Positions 28,101 to 38,034 of a DNA stretch of 64,000 bases are shown here, piece after piece. The stretch lies in NCBI GenBank assembly GCA_038318565.1, contig JBBQCI010000008.1:4243-68242 (forward strand), written 5' to 3'. The stretch is from Planctomycetota bacterium (lineage in GTDB: Bacteria; Planctomycetota; UBA11346). Each line of letters opens with the position of its first letter. Position 1 is the stretch's first letter. The notes beneath the pieces are model-generated. The model did not search any database and was not told the DNA's origin. It was given only the letters and a program-made list of their open reading frames with translations. A program made the position numbers and the translations under genes.

Positions 28101-29347
28101 CAGAAGTCCACCGTGGTCTTCAAGGCGAACACGGTCCAATGCTCGGGCTTGTCATTGCCGGTGTCGAGGGCGTTGCCGCTGTGATATTGCCACTCGGCCT
28201 TCACCAGCCAGTTGGCAAAAATGTCGTATCGGCCAGCCAGGGCCCAACTGCGATCATACTTTTTACTTGGATTCTCCCGGTCAGCAAAACTCAACTGGCG
28301 CGATAACGACAGCTCGTAACGGTCCAGCATCCGATAGCTAGCCGCCGCGTACATTGCCTCGGTACGGGTGTAGCCGCTCCGTTGGCTTGGTTGTTCTGGT
28401 AGTTCCACCCGGATCGTCGACCCCGGCAGCGGTCCAGGCACGAACGTGTACGGATGGGCCGTCACCAACGTGTCGGTCTTTCCGTATTCCAGCAGATACT
28501 CTGCCGCGAGGATCAGGCCTTGTCGCTGGTACTCGATCGAGGCCACGCCGCTATAGAATTGGTCGATCTTCGTGCTGATGTCGAGATCGGCATTGACGCC
28601 CGGCGATCCCCGGATCGGCACCGCCTCGCTCTGCCCATCCGCAGAGAAGCCCCAGAACCCGACGCCGCTCAGGCGCATGCGCAGGCCATCAAGTGGGGCC
28701 AGCCATGTCACCACTGCTCCGGCTACCGCATCGACATGTATGTCCGTGAACCTATCGCCAGCCCCCAGATCGGTCAGATAATTGGCCAGATCGCCATCTT
28801 CACGCGCGTTCTGCCCACCACCGAACACGACCCCGTCAAGTTGACCGGCGGTTCCCGGCTTGAGGCCGCCGTAAAGCATCGCACCGTTGATCGCCAGAGT
28901 GTAGTCGCGCAGTTGTGGCAGGTAGATGACTTGCGGCAGAAATACGGTCGCGTGGTCAAAATCGAGGTCCCGTGACTCGTTGTAGAGCCCATAGGGCATC
29001 TTGATCCGACCGACTTTCAGCCCGGCCCGCTCGGTTGCACGCCAGTCGGCGAAGGCCCAGTCGACCTCGACGCTGTTGTCTCCAGAATCGGCAAAGTCTC
29101 TGGCAACCAGCTGCAGGCCGATGCGGAGACGCTCAACTGGCTGGGTTGAGACGTTGATCGCGACCTCGCTGAACTCGAAGGTTCCCGGGTCCTGCGTCGA
29201 ACCGAACCAGTCGGTTTCGGTTGTCAGCAGGTAGCCCTGGCTGACGAAGCCGTGGATCTGCACGCCATCGAAGTCCACTGCAGCCAAGGGGGCAGCCAGC
29301 CATGGCAGAATGCACAGGGCAAAAGTTCCGCGAAATGGAAGATGCAT
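28100..29347 (-). CDS. Outer-membrane porin-like beta-barrel
   Basis: Signal peptide; 'IHGFVSQGY', 'VDWAFADW', 'VGRIKMPYGLYNE', 'LVKAEW'; C-terminal Phe. Confidence 0.8.
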   Translation of the reverse strand: MHLPFRGTFALCILPWLAAPLAAVDFDGVQIHGFVSQGYLLTTETDWFGSTQDPGTFEFSEVAINVSTQPVERLRIGLQLVARDFADSGDNSVEVDWAFADWRATERAGLKVGRIKMPYGLYNESRDLDFDHATVFLPQVIYLPQLRDYTLAINGAMLYGGLKPGTAGQLDGVVFGGGQNAREDGDLANYLTDLGAGDRFTDIHVDAVAGAVVTWLAPLDGLRMRLSGVGFWGFSADGQSEAVPIRGSPGVNADLDISTKIDQFYSGVASIEYQRQGLILAAEYLLEYGKTDTLVTAHPYTFVPGPLPGSTIRVELPEQPSQRSGYTRTEAMYAAASYRMLDRYELSLSRQLSFADRENPSKKYDRSWALAGRYDIFANWLVKAEWQYHSGNALDTGNDKPEHWTVFALKTTVDF

Positions 29348-29459
29348 GTTCCACTATTGTAGCGCGATCGCCTGGTCCATGTCAACTGGCTAGTGGGACC
29401 AGTGGGATGGGATTGCTGCCACTATCTCCTTCAGATCGCGACCATATCGTCAGAACCAC

Positions 29460-31193
29460 ATGCGGATCGTGACTCAGGTCTGGCTATGCATTGCCGCCGT
29501 CGCGGTCGGCTATCTCGCCACCGTGGCTCTCGATGTCGGATTGGGTCTGCGCAACCAGGTGCTGCTCCAACAAGCGGTAGAGGTATCCCATCCGGCTGCA
29601 CTCCGCTGCCAGCGGGCGGTATCGTTCTTCCAGCTTGGATCGCGCGCATTTGAGCTGGCGGTGGTTTTCGGAGAGGCGAGCGAGCTGGAAGCTGGCCAGC
29701 GGCACTGCGGCCAGGCTGCCGAACACCTGTTGTCCGCCGCCGCATTGCCCGGCGTGCCCAAGATCGGACAAAGCTCGCTCAAAGAATTGGCCAACCAACT
29801 GCAGGTCCATGCTGATCGCGCGGCCAAAGTCTACACGCCCTTGAGTACCGGACGGGACAGCAACCAGCTGCGTACTGAGGCATCGGCTTTGGCACGGGAA
29901 CGGGACCAATTGAGCAGGCGATTGGCCGAAGCGGCTGAAGGCTTCAGCTCGACCCTGCGCAGCGATATTGGCAAAGCACTGAGTTCCGCCGCCAATCAGC
30001 GCCAAACAGTGCTCCTGGCCTGCGTGGTCATCATCGCCACCACCTTGACCGCGGCCACCCTGTCGATGAGGCGATGGACCCGCCGACTGTCCTCCCTGCT
30101 GGGCGCCAGCGATAAGCTTGCCCAGGGCGACTACCGAGCGGATCTGCCTGAACCCACGGAGGACGAGGTGGGACGTCTGGTGCGATCCTTCGTCACCATG
30201 CGCGAGGCCGTGCAAAGCCGCGATCAGGCCCTCCGCCTGTCTAGCGAAGGCCTTGAGCTCACCGTGTCCAAGCGCACGCACGAGTTGGCTGAGAAGAACA
30301 ACCATCTATCTGCCGAGATCACCGAACGCACCCGGGCCGAGAAGGCCCTGGCCGAGGCCAATCGCCGCAGCCTCGACGCCTCGCGTGAGGCTGGCCGCGC
30401 CGAAATCGCCACCAGCGTCCTGCACAACGTCGGCAATGTGCTCAATAGCGTGAACGTCTCGGTCGCCCTGCTGGATGAGGCCTTGGCCAAGTCCCGGGCT
30501 GGCAACCTGACGCGCGCCGCCGCCTTGCTGCACGAGCATGCCGACAATCTCGCCCAGTTCCTCACCAGCGATGCGCGCGGACGCGTCCTGCCGAGTTATC
30601 TTGCAGAACTTGGTCGCCACCTGTCGTCAGAGACAGAGCAGCAACGCATTGAGATACGTCAACTCATTACGTTTGTCGCCCATATCAAGGATGTCATTGC
30701 CATGCAGCAGGGCTACGCCCGGGCCACCGGGGTGCGCACTTCATCATCGCCAAATGAGCTGTGCGAAGATGCGCTCCGCGTGCATGCACCCTCCCTGGAA
30801 CGGATCGGATCGGGCATCGAACGACGCTATGCTCTGAATCCGACCCTGATGCTGGACCGTAGTCGCGTACTGCAGGTGCTGATCAATCTGATCGGCAACG
30901 CCCGGGACGCGGTTGAGGCACACCAGGGAGTCCGCCTAGTGACCGTGGCCTGTTTGGTCGAAAACGATCGACTACGCGTAACAGTGACCGACACCGGCGT
31001 CGGCATTGCTCCGGAGGTGATGCCTCGTTTGTTCACCCACGGTTTCACCACGAGGCCTGAAGGCCATGGTTTCGGCCTGCACGCCAGTGCGATCGCGGCG
31101 CGCGAACTCGGCGGTTCGCTGACCGTGCACAGCGATGGGCCAGGGCTCGGTGCCACATTTCTTCTCGACATCCCCGCCGAACGGAGTCCTTGA
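29460..31193 (+). CDS. Membrane sensor histidine kinase (TM-helical sensor-TM-HAMP-HisKA-HATPase)
   Basis: HAMP 'DEVGRLVRSF..M', H-box 'SVLHNVGNVL', 'NLIGNARDA', DTGVGI, GHGFGL. Confidence 0.9.
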   Translation: MRIVTQVWLCIAAVAVGYLATVALDVGLGLRNQVLLQQAVEVSHPAALRCQRAVSFFQLGSRAFELAVVFGEASELEAGQRHCGQAAEHLLSAAALPGVPKIGQSSLKELANQLQVHADRAAKVYTPLSTGRDSNQLRTEASALARERDQLSRRLAEAAEGFSSTLRSDIGKALSSAANQRQTVLLACVVIIATTLTAATLSMRRWTRRLSSLLGASDKLAQGDYRADLPEPTEDEVGRLVRSFVTMREAVQSRDQALRLSSEGLELTVSKRTHELAEKNNHLSAEITERTRAEKALAEANRRSLDASREAGRAEIATSVLHNVGNVLNSVNVSVALLDEALAKSRAGNLTRAAALLHEHADNLAQFLTSDARGRVLPSYLAELGRHLSSETEQQRIEIRQLITFVAHIKDVIAMQQGYARATGVRTSSSPNELCEDALRVHAPSLERIGSGIERRYALNPTLMLDRSRVLQVLINLIGNARDAVEAHQGVRLVTVACLVENDRLRVTVTDTGVGIAPEVMPRLFTHGFTTRPEGHGFGLHASAIAARELGGSLTVHSDGPGLGATFLLDIPAERSP

Positions 31194-34027
31194 TGGACCG
31201 CTGCCATCGAATCCTGGTAATCGACGACAACCCCGAGATCCATCAGGATTTCTACAAGGTGCTAACCGCCCGTCCGCGCACGGCGGACGCCTTGGTTGCG
31301 GCTGAATCCGTGTTGTTCGGAGCCACCCCGTCTGTAGTCCCCGGCCCCGGATTCACAGTGGATTCCGCCAATCAGGGAGAATCGGGTCTGGCCAAAGTGC
31401 GTCAGGCTATGGCCGAAGACCAGCCATATTCCATCGCCTTCGTCGACATGCGCATGCCGCCCGGTTGGGACGGCCTGGAGACGATTATCCGTCTGATGCC
31501 AGAGGATCCCCGTCTCCAACTCGTGATCTGCACGGCCTACAGCGATCATTCCTGGCAAGAGCTGACCGACCGTGTTGGCGCAACCGACCGTCTGCTCATC
31601 CTTAAGAAGCCGTTCGACCCCATCGAGATTCTGCAGCTGGCACATGCCCTCACTGCCAAGTGGGAGCAGGCCCGCAGGGCCGAGGGCGAGCGCGAACGGC
31701 TTGAGACTGCAGTGCGGGCACGCACAGCCGAGCTGGTGCTGGCCAACAACGTACTCAATCGTTCAATCCTGGAACTACATACCGCCAACAACCAGCTCGG
31801 TCGCAGCGAGACCCGATTCCGCGCTGTGGTCGAGTCAGCCGCGGCCGCCATCGTCATCATCGACGAACGTGGCGTCATCTGGATGTGGAACCCTGGCGCT
31901 GAACGACTCTTCGGCTGGACGGCCGGTGAAGCGATGGGGCGGCGCATCGGTGAGATGATGCCTGGACTCGCACAGCTGCCTGACAACGCCGGTGGCGCTC
32001 TCGATCTGCCCGGAGTCGCCAAGCATGGCCGTCATCTGGAGCTGACCGTCAGCCGGTCACGGTTCAGCAACGACGATGGCGTATTCACCTCCTGCATCAT
32101 CCAGGACATCGGGCCGCGCAAGCAGGCCGAAGCCGCCCTCATCGAGGCACGCAATACCGCCGAGATTTCAACCAACGCCAAGAGCGACTTCCTCGCCATG
32201 GTCAGCCACGAACTACGCACGCCGATGAACGGCATCATCGGCATGAACGACCTGCTGCTGGATTCGGTCCTCGACGCCGAACAGCGCGAGTTTGCTGAAA
32301 CCGCGCGGACCTGCGCCTCGTCCCTGCTCGGCCTCCTCAACGGGATCCTGGACTTCTCGCGCCTCGAAGCCGGCCGGCTGGACATCCAGAACATTGAGTT
32401 CGACCTGCGCGGCGCAACTGGTGAAGTAATGGATCTGCTGCTTCCTCAGGCCCGCGCCAAAGGCCTCGATCTTGTGCTGGAGGTAGATGCCACTGTGCCG
32501 TGGCAGGTCCTGGGCGACCCAGGCCGATTCAAGCAGATTCTCGTCAATCTCCTTGGTAATGCTGTCAAATTCACCATCAATGGAGGCGTCACGGTGTCGC
32601 TCACCCTACGGGGGGACGCTCCGGACGTCCTGATCGTGGCCGTTGCCGACAGCGGAATCGGGATCGCCAGAGATACCCAAACTCGCCTATTTGAGCCATT
32701 CAACCAGGTCGAGTCCCCAGCCACCCGTCAATACGGCGGGACTGGGCTAGGGTTGGCGATCAGTCACCGACTAGCTGGATTGATGGGGGGCCGCATCGGC
32801 CTGGAGAGCGAACTTGGCAAAGGCAGCACCTTCTGGTGTGAACTGCCAATGCCAGCCCGACCCGATCCCGGCGATCGTGCTGGGCGGACCTCGTTGGCAG
32901 GCATGCGCATCGTCTATATCGACGACAACGTGGGTGGACGCACAGCGATGACCAACCAGCTGATGCACTGCGGCGCGTCATGCGAGGCTGTCGACGGCTC
33001 GGCAACCGCCCTTGAACGGATCGCGATCGCAATTGCCGCCGATGCGCCCTATCATGTGGTGCTGGCGGAGTGGCGCGAGAACGGCGTCGATGTCCTGACC
33101 CTGGCCACCAAGCTGCGCGACGAGGATGGACCACCGATCGTCCTGTTGTCGCGCAATGCCCGACCCGGCCAGGGTGCCGTGGCTCGAGCTGCCGGCGCTG
33201 CGGGCTTACTCACCTATCCGCTTGCCCAGAATCAGCTTCGTGAGGCATTGGCAACGGTCCAGGACGGTGGCCACATCGGCACAGGCATGCTGACGAAGCA
33301 TAGCATCGCGGAACAACGCCGTCGCTGCCATCCCTGGATCCTCTTGGCCACGTCGGATATCCAGCTCCGGCGGCAAGCCCTTGTCCGGATGGCTCAACTC
33401 GGCTGCCGCACCGATGTCTGTGCGCCTGACAGGCTGATCGAGGCCTGCAGCCGCCATCCTTATGACATGGTCGTCGCAGACCCCGACGCGCCGGGTTCGC
33501 CCAGCCTGTCCCAACTGCGGACTGCGCTGGGTACAGGCCATACGCCCGTCGTGCTGGCCTTGGCAACAGCTGATGCCGAAATACCAGCTGGTGCCGATGG
33601 CGTGCTCGGCAAGCCACTTGCGCCCATCGCATTCGAAACCGAGTTGTTGGGTCGGATCCCTGCACGTGGTCAACGTCAAGGTGGTGGGAGGGATGATGGA
33701 CTGGAACACATCGCCGCAGCCCTCGACCTGGAATTGGCGTCAGCATCGCCCTCGCGCCTGGAAGAATTCGACCGAACCCTGCTTGCAGCGACCAGCGCCG
33801 TGATGCTGGCAGTTGCGCGAGGCGATCCGGCGGCGATCTGCGCAGCTGCTAGCCTCCTGGACAATCGTTGCCGCACCGCTGGCGTCTTGTCGATGGCGGC
33901 TCTAGCTGGCGAGTTCGAACGGCTCGGTGCGGCAAACGATGTCGCAGGTTGTGCCATGGCCGCCGGCGAACTGCACAGCCGGCAGCGCCACGTTTTGGCT
34001 GCCTTGCAACGCCTACGCGCCCACTGA
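31190..34027 (+). CDS. Hybrid histidine kinase (REC-PAS-HisKA-HATPase-REC-REC-Hpt-like)
   Basis: REC 'DMRMPPGWDG', PAS 'WNPGAERLFGW', 'FLAMVSHELRTPMNGI', 'NLLGNAVKFT', 'GGTGLGL'. Confidence 0.92.
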   Translation: MMDRCHRILVIDDNPEIHQDFYKVLTARPRTADALVAAESVLFGATPSVVPGPGFTVDSANQGESGLAKVRQAMAEDQPYSIAFVDMRMPPGWDGLETIIRLMPEDPRLQLVICTAYSDHSWQELTDRVGATDRLLILKKPFDPIEILQLAHALTAKWEQARRAEGERERLETAVRARTAELVLANNVLNRSILELHTANNQLGRSETRFRAVVESAAAAIVIIDERGVIWMWNPGAERLFGWTAGEAMGRRIGEMMPGLAQLPDNAGGALDLPGVAKHGRHLELTVSRSRFSNDDGVFTSCIIQDIGPRKQAEAALIEARNTAEISTNAKSDFLAMVSHELRTPMNGIIGMNDLLLDSVLDAEQREFAETARTCASSLLGLLNGILDFSRLEAGRLDIQNIEFDLRGATGEVMDLLLPQARAKGLDLVLEVDATVPWQVLGDPGRFKQILVNLLGNAVKFTINGGVTVSLTLRGDAPDVLIVAVADSGIGIARDTQTRLFEPFNQVESPATRQYGGTGLGLAISHRLAGLMGGRIGLESELGKGSTFWCELPMPARPDPGDRAGRTSLAGMRIVYIDDNVGGRTAMTNQLMHCGASCEAVDGSATALERIAIAIAADAPYHVVLAEWRENGVDVLTLATKLRDEDGPPIVLLSRNARPGQGAVARAAGAAGLLTYPLAQNQLREALATVQDGGHIGTGMLTKHSIAEQRRRCHPWILLATSDIQLRRQALVRMAQLGCRTDVCAPDRLIEACSRHPYDMVVADPDAPGSPSLSQLRTALGTGHTPVVLALATADAEIPAGADGVLGKPLAPIAFETELLGRIPARGQRQGGGRDDGLEHIAAALDLELASASPSRLEEFDRTLLAATSAVMLAVARGDPAAICAAASLLDNRCRTAGVLSMAALAGEFERLGAANDVAGCAMAAGELHSRQRHVLAALQRLRAH

Positions 34028-34251
34028 CCGACCAACCGTCAAAAGAGGCGGATGATATAGGCAGGGCGAAGAGCCCTGGGCGGAGTTCGGGGGCCGCTGC
34101 CGGCCGCTGCCCCTGGTGTCGAAGATATGCACGGCCAGTGAGCGCCGAAGCATGCCGCGACTGAGCTGTGCCTGCTGTGTGGTCCTGGGCGGCATGCGAC
34201 CAGCGAACACGACGGCCGTGGTACACGCGATCGGCGAACGTCAGTGAGCCG

Positions 34252-34367
34252 CGCCGAGCGGGTCCAGGGCGAAGGGCCCTGGGCAGGGGTTCGGGGGCTG
34301 CGGCCACCGGGCATGGCCGCCGAGCGGGTCCAGGGCGAAGGGCCCTGGGCAGGGGTTCGGGGGCTGC
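34252..34367. repeat. 50-bp identical direct repeat (period 66 bp) of a GC-rich palindromic REP-like unit
   Basis: CGCCGAGCGGGTCCAGGGCGAAGGGCCCTGGGCAGGGGTTCGGGGGCTGC at 34252-34301 and 34318-34367; degenerate third copy at ~34062-34093. Confidence 0.85.
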
Positions 34368-34384
34368 TGCCCCCGATCAAAAAG

Positions 34385-35386
34385 CTACTCTGGTCCCTTG
34401 ACCCGGGCGAGGATGCCGATCTTGCCGAACTGAGCCTTGGCCGCGTCTGCTTCCTCTTTTGAAACGCCTTTCAACACAGGAATGATCATCTTCTTCGACA
34501 GGATTTCCGCCTCTTCGGCAGGCATCTTGCCCAGCTCGGCGATGAGGATCGTAGCCTTCTTACGTCGTTCTTCGTCAGCGATCTTCGCCAGGAACACCGA
34601 GAAACCACCAGTTCCCGTCTCAATCTTGCGGCTCCCGCCGCTACCCGTGCTGGGCACCTCTGGCTGCTCGTCGGGCAACAGCCGATTGAGGATGTTGGTG
34701 ATGTCATCCTTACCTGGCATGAATCCGCCGTCCTCGTCGGGGAACAATTCGTTCAGACGGGACATCGGATCTTCGATACCACCACCAGGAGTTAACTGAG
34801 CAACCGGGGTCGCCTCCGGAGCGGGCGTGCGGATGGCTGGAGGTGGGGGCAGTGGCGTACGCGTCGTGGTAGGCCGTGGGGCTTCGGGGAGCGGGGTCCG
34901 CGTGGTCAGCGGACGATGTTCGACAGCAAGCGCCGGAGTCGCAAACGGGGTCACCTCAGGTAGGTGGGTACCTTTGAACTCAGGCTTGGCGGGCACTACC
35001 CGTCCCTCGATGGTCGCCACCAAGAGATCAATCAGGCGGCTTTGGCCGCCGGGAACCGGCAGCATCAATTGCAAATCGACGCCCCAATCTGATAATTCGC
35101 GCTTGAACACCTGGGGCCGCCGGGGCCAGTCGATTTTTGGCAGATCGCCAGGCGGATGCGGGCTCAGTTCAATCTGCGCACCGATCACGTTCAAGCCGTG
35201 CACCAGCAGATGCATCGCCGCCGCTTCTTCACGACCCAGACCGGTCAACAGGACGATCGGACAGGACGAGACGATCTGCTGGCAGGTGTGCTCCTTGAGG
35301 GAGAACAGCTTGCTGACGAATCCTGCTGCGGTCTCGCGGTGGGACTCCGGACAGGCACGCAGAATGAGTGTGTAGTCGGATGACAT
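34385..35386 (-). CDS. Hypothetical protein with two ribosomal L7/L12-CTD/ClpS-like domains joined by a Pro-rich linker
   Basis: N-terminal 'PIVLLTGLGREEA' and C-terminal 'PVLKGVSKEEADAAKAQF..IG' resemble the L7/L12 'P..lkegvskeeAe' motif. Confidence 0.55.
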   Translation of the reverse strand: MSSDYTLILRACPESHRETAAGFVSKLFSLKEHTCQQIVSSCPIVLLTGLGREEAAAMHLLVHGLNVIGAQIELSPHPPGDLPKIDWPRRPQVFKRELSDWGVDLQLMLPVPGGQSRLIDLLVATIEGRVVPAKPEFKGTHLPEVTPFATPALAVEHRPLTTRTPLPEAPRPTTTRTPLPPPPAIRTPAPEATPVAQLTPGGGIEDPMSRLNELFPDEDGGFMPGKDDITNILNRLLPDEQPEVPSTGSGGSRKIETGTGGFSVFLAKIADEERRKKATILIAELGKMPAEEAEILSKKMIIPVLKGVSKEEADAAKAQFGKIGILARVKGPE

Positions 35387-35423
35387 CGTCGAAGTGCCCA
35401 GCATTCCCCACCCCGACGGCCTG

Positions 35424-36170
35424 TCAACGCGGGCTATGTGTGACCTGCGTAGACTGACGTAACCACATCACCAGCCGCTGTTTGTCGTCCGACGGGCCGG
35501 CCAGGCCAGGCCACCAGGCGTCAATCAGCAAACCTGCCTGATATGCCACGAGTGTAAGCTCATCTACCGTATACAGGCGGACGCTTTCGCTCCAGGACTG
35601 CACAGGTGCATCTGGTGGAGTGGCCTCCACCGTCTTTTCCACCCGGTGACCAACCAGCCGGCGCTGTTCGCGGACGAGCCAGCCGCCAGCCGTCCGGCGT
35701 TCGCTCTGCGGCACCAAAGTACGGCGCAATGCCGCTGGATCCGGCAGATCCAACACCACCCAACCGCCTGGAGCGACCAGTCCAGCAAGCGCGCGCAGGC
35801 AATCGACATTGCCTTGGTCATCGAAATAGCCGAAAGCGGTGAACAGGCAGAGAACGGAGCCGCATTCACCGGCCAGTGGCGGGGCCCGCAGGTCGGCCCG
35901 AACCAGCCGTCCCACGCAGGCTGGACGGTTGTGGGCAACGGTCAGCAAGTCGGCCGATAGGTCAAAACCGACCGCTGGCAAGCCGCCGGCTCGCAACGCT
36001 GCCAGATGACGACCCCCTCCGCATCCCGCGTCGACCACGATTCCAGGAGCCTGACGGAGGCGGGGCAGCAACCCGGCGACCTCGGCTGCCGCCTGGCTGT
36101 CGTCACGGTGGCGATACACCTCCAGATAGGCCGAGCGGAACGCCTCATCCCACCAACCGGCACCAGTCAT
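35424..36170 (-). CDS. Class I SAM-dependent methyltransferase
   Basis: VDAGCGGGRH, GFDLS, ADLR, LFTAFGYF, SVRLY. Confidence 0.88.
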   Translation of the reverse strand: MTGAGWWDEAFRSAYLEVYRHRDDSQAAAEVAGLLPRLRQAPGIVVDAGCGGGRHLAALRAGGLPAVGFDLSADLLTVAHNRPACVGRLVRADLRAPPLAGECGSVLCLFTAFGYFDDQGNVDCLRALAGLVAPGGWVVLDLPDPAALRRTLVPQSERRTAGGWLVREQRRLVGHRVEKTVEATPPDAPVQSWSESVRLYTVDELTLVAYQAGLLIDAWWPGLAGPSDDKQRLVMWLRQSTQVTHSPR

Positions 36171-36814
36171 CACGGTTCCAACGGGAGGAGATCGTCCAAC
36201 CGGGACACAACCCGTTGGGCGCCAGCGCGAATCAGGTCGGCACTGGCAATATGGCCTGCCAGGGCGGCGACCCGGCATCCGGCCGTGCGGCCAGCGGCGA
36301 CACCACTCGGACTGTCCTCGACCACCAGGCAGTGCGATGCCGGCAGAGCCAGCCGGACGCACGCCAGCAGGTAGGGTTCAGGGTGAGGCTTGTGGCGCTG
36401 TGTGTCTTCACGGCAGATCCGCATCGGCAGACGCCGAGCAAGCCCCGCCGCGGTCAGGGCAGCTATAGCGAGCGAGCGCTCGGAGGACGTGACGACCATG
36501 CAGGTGATGCCATGGCGCCAAGCATGGTCGAGCAGGTCGTCGACTCCGGGCTGTTTGCGCACCCCCTGCTCGCCATAGATGCCTAACAGTAGACGGGTTT
36601 TCTCGGCAACCCAGGCAACCGCGTCCCCGATGACACTATGCTGCTGCATCAGTTCCTGATAGAAGGGGATGTCTCCTTTGCCAATGTTCCCGATCAGATC
36701 GGCCTCGCTGGGCTTTATTCCAACACTGGCAAGGAAACGACGGTGGGCTTCGAAATGCAGCGGCTCGGTGTCGAGCAGCGTGCCGTCGAGGTCAAGTAGG
36801 AGGGCTGCCGGCAT
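36170..36814 (-). CDS. HAD-family phosphatase (beta-PGM/CbbY-like)
   Basis: DLDGTLLDTE, VTSS, KPHPEPY, VVEDSPSG. Confidence 0.9.
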   Translation of the reverse strand: MPAALLLDLDGTLLDTEPLHFEAHRRFLASVGIKPSEADLIGNIGKGDIPFYQELMQQHSVIGDAVAWVAEKTRLLLGIYGEQGVRKQPGVDDLLDHAWRHGITCMVVTSSERSLAIAALTAAGLARRLPMRICREDTQRHKPHPEPYLLACVRLALPASHCLVVEDSPSGVAAGRTAGCRVAALAGHIASADLIRAGAQRVVSRLDDLLPLEP

Positions 36815-36857
36815 GGCACGAGTGGAAGAGCGCTCGGCGCACGATCAACTGTACGCC

Positions 36858-37400
36858 GTGCTACCCCGCCTCACCCTCGTTGGCTACCGCGCCTGCGGAA
36901 AGTCTACCGCCGGACGCCTGGTCGCCTCCCGTATCGGCTGGCCCTTTGTCGATGCCGACCACGTCATCGAAGCGATGATGGGCATGCCGATCAGCGCGTT
37001 TTTCGCAGCGCATGGCGAACCTGCCTTTCGCGACGTCGAAGAAAAGGCCCTGGCCAGTATCCTGGCGGTCGATCACGGCATTGTCCTGGCGACCGGCGGC
37101 GGGGCGGTGTTGCGCGCAGGCAACCGTACGCTGCTTGGCGCTCGCGGCGGGCTGGTCGTCTATCTCCAGGCCTCTGCCGAGATCCTGCAGGCTCGCTTGC
37201 GCCACCATGCCGGCGAGCGGCCCAGCCTGACCGGCGTCCCTGTAGCCGACGAAGTGCCAGCCCTCTTGGCGATCCGCGATCCGCTCTACCGCGCAACCGC
37301 CCAGCACGTGGTCGACGCGACCCGTGGCACCGCCCTGGTCACCTCCGAGCTGCACCGGCTGATCTGCGCCAACCGCACCACGGACACCCCACATGTATGA
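36858..37400 (+). CDS. aroK: Shikimate kinase
   Basis: GYRACGKST, FVDAD, GEPAFR, ATGGG, RP.L, RDPLY; start approximate (GTG). Confidence 0.9.
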   Translation: MLPRLTLVGYRACGKSTAGRLVASRIGWPFVDADHVIEAMMGMPISAFFAAHGEPAFRDVEEKALASILAVDHGIVLATGGGAVLRAGNRTLLGARGGLVVYLQASAEILQARLRHHAGERPSLTGVPVADEVPALLAIRDPLYRATAQHVVDATRGTALVTSELHRLICANRTTDTPHV

Positions 37401-37980
37401 CTTCCTGCGCGGCTCGGTAGCTGCCCTCGACACTGCCGGACGCCTCTCCCTCGACGTTAACGGGGTCGGTTACCTGCTGCGCGTCAGTGAGCAGACCCGC
37501 CGGCGCATCGCTCTCGACGGAAGCGCGGTTACACTGCATGTACGGCTGGTGGTGCGCGAGGACGACTTGCTGCTGTTCGGTTTCGCCGATGCGGCCGAGC
37601 GCGCCGCCTTCGATCTGCTAACTGGCGTGCAGCAGGTCGGACCCAACGTGGCCCTGGCCATCCTCTCGGCGCTCGGCACGGATGAACTGCGCCGCATTCT
37701 ACTGACCCGCGACAGCAAGTCGCTGCGCGAGGTGAAAGGCGTCGGCCCGAAGTTGGCCGAGCGTTTGGTGGTCGAACTGGCCGATCGCGTCGAGCGCATC
37801 CCGGCCAGCCTGCCGGTCGCTGGGGCAACCGCTCCCCTGCGTGCCGTTGAAGAAGCGCAACGCGCTCTAGTCGTGCTGGGGTTTGGCGGCAAGGAGGCCA
37901 CCGACGCCCTAGCCGCGGTCAGCGCCGCGGGAAAACCGGCCGAAGAACTGGTGCGGCTGGCCTTGGCACGGCTGCGCTGA
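37393..37980 (+). CDS. ruvA: Holliday junction branch migration protein RuvA
   Basis: MYDFLRG, DVNGVGY, VREDDLLLFGF, VGP..ALAILS, KGVGPKLAERLVVEL. Confidence 0.95.
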   Translation: MYDFLRGSVAALDTAGRLSLDVNGVGYLLRVSEQTRRRIALDGSAVTLHVRLVVREDDLLLFGFADAAERAAFDLLTGVQQVGPNVALAILSALGTDELRRILLTRDSKSLREVKGVGPKLAERLVVELADRVERIPASLPVAGATAPLRAVEEAQRALVVLGFGGKEATDALAAVSAAGKPAEELVRLALARLR

Positions 37981-38034
37981 GTATCGTCATAAATGCGTTT
38001 TTAAATGATAATAGCGTTGTGGTAGTATGTCATC

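Noticed and set aside
34252-34367. CRISPR array
   Set aside because: Only two 50-bp copies with a 16-bp spacer and no cas genes; better explained as REP-like.
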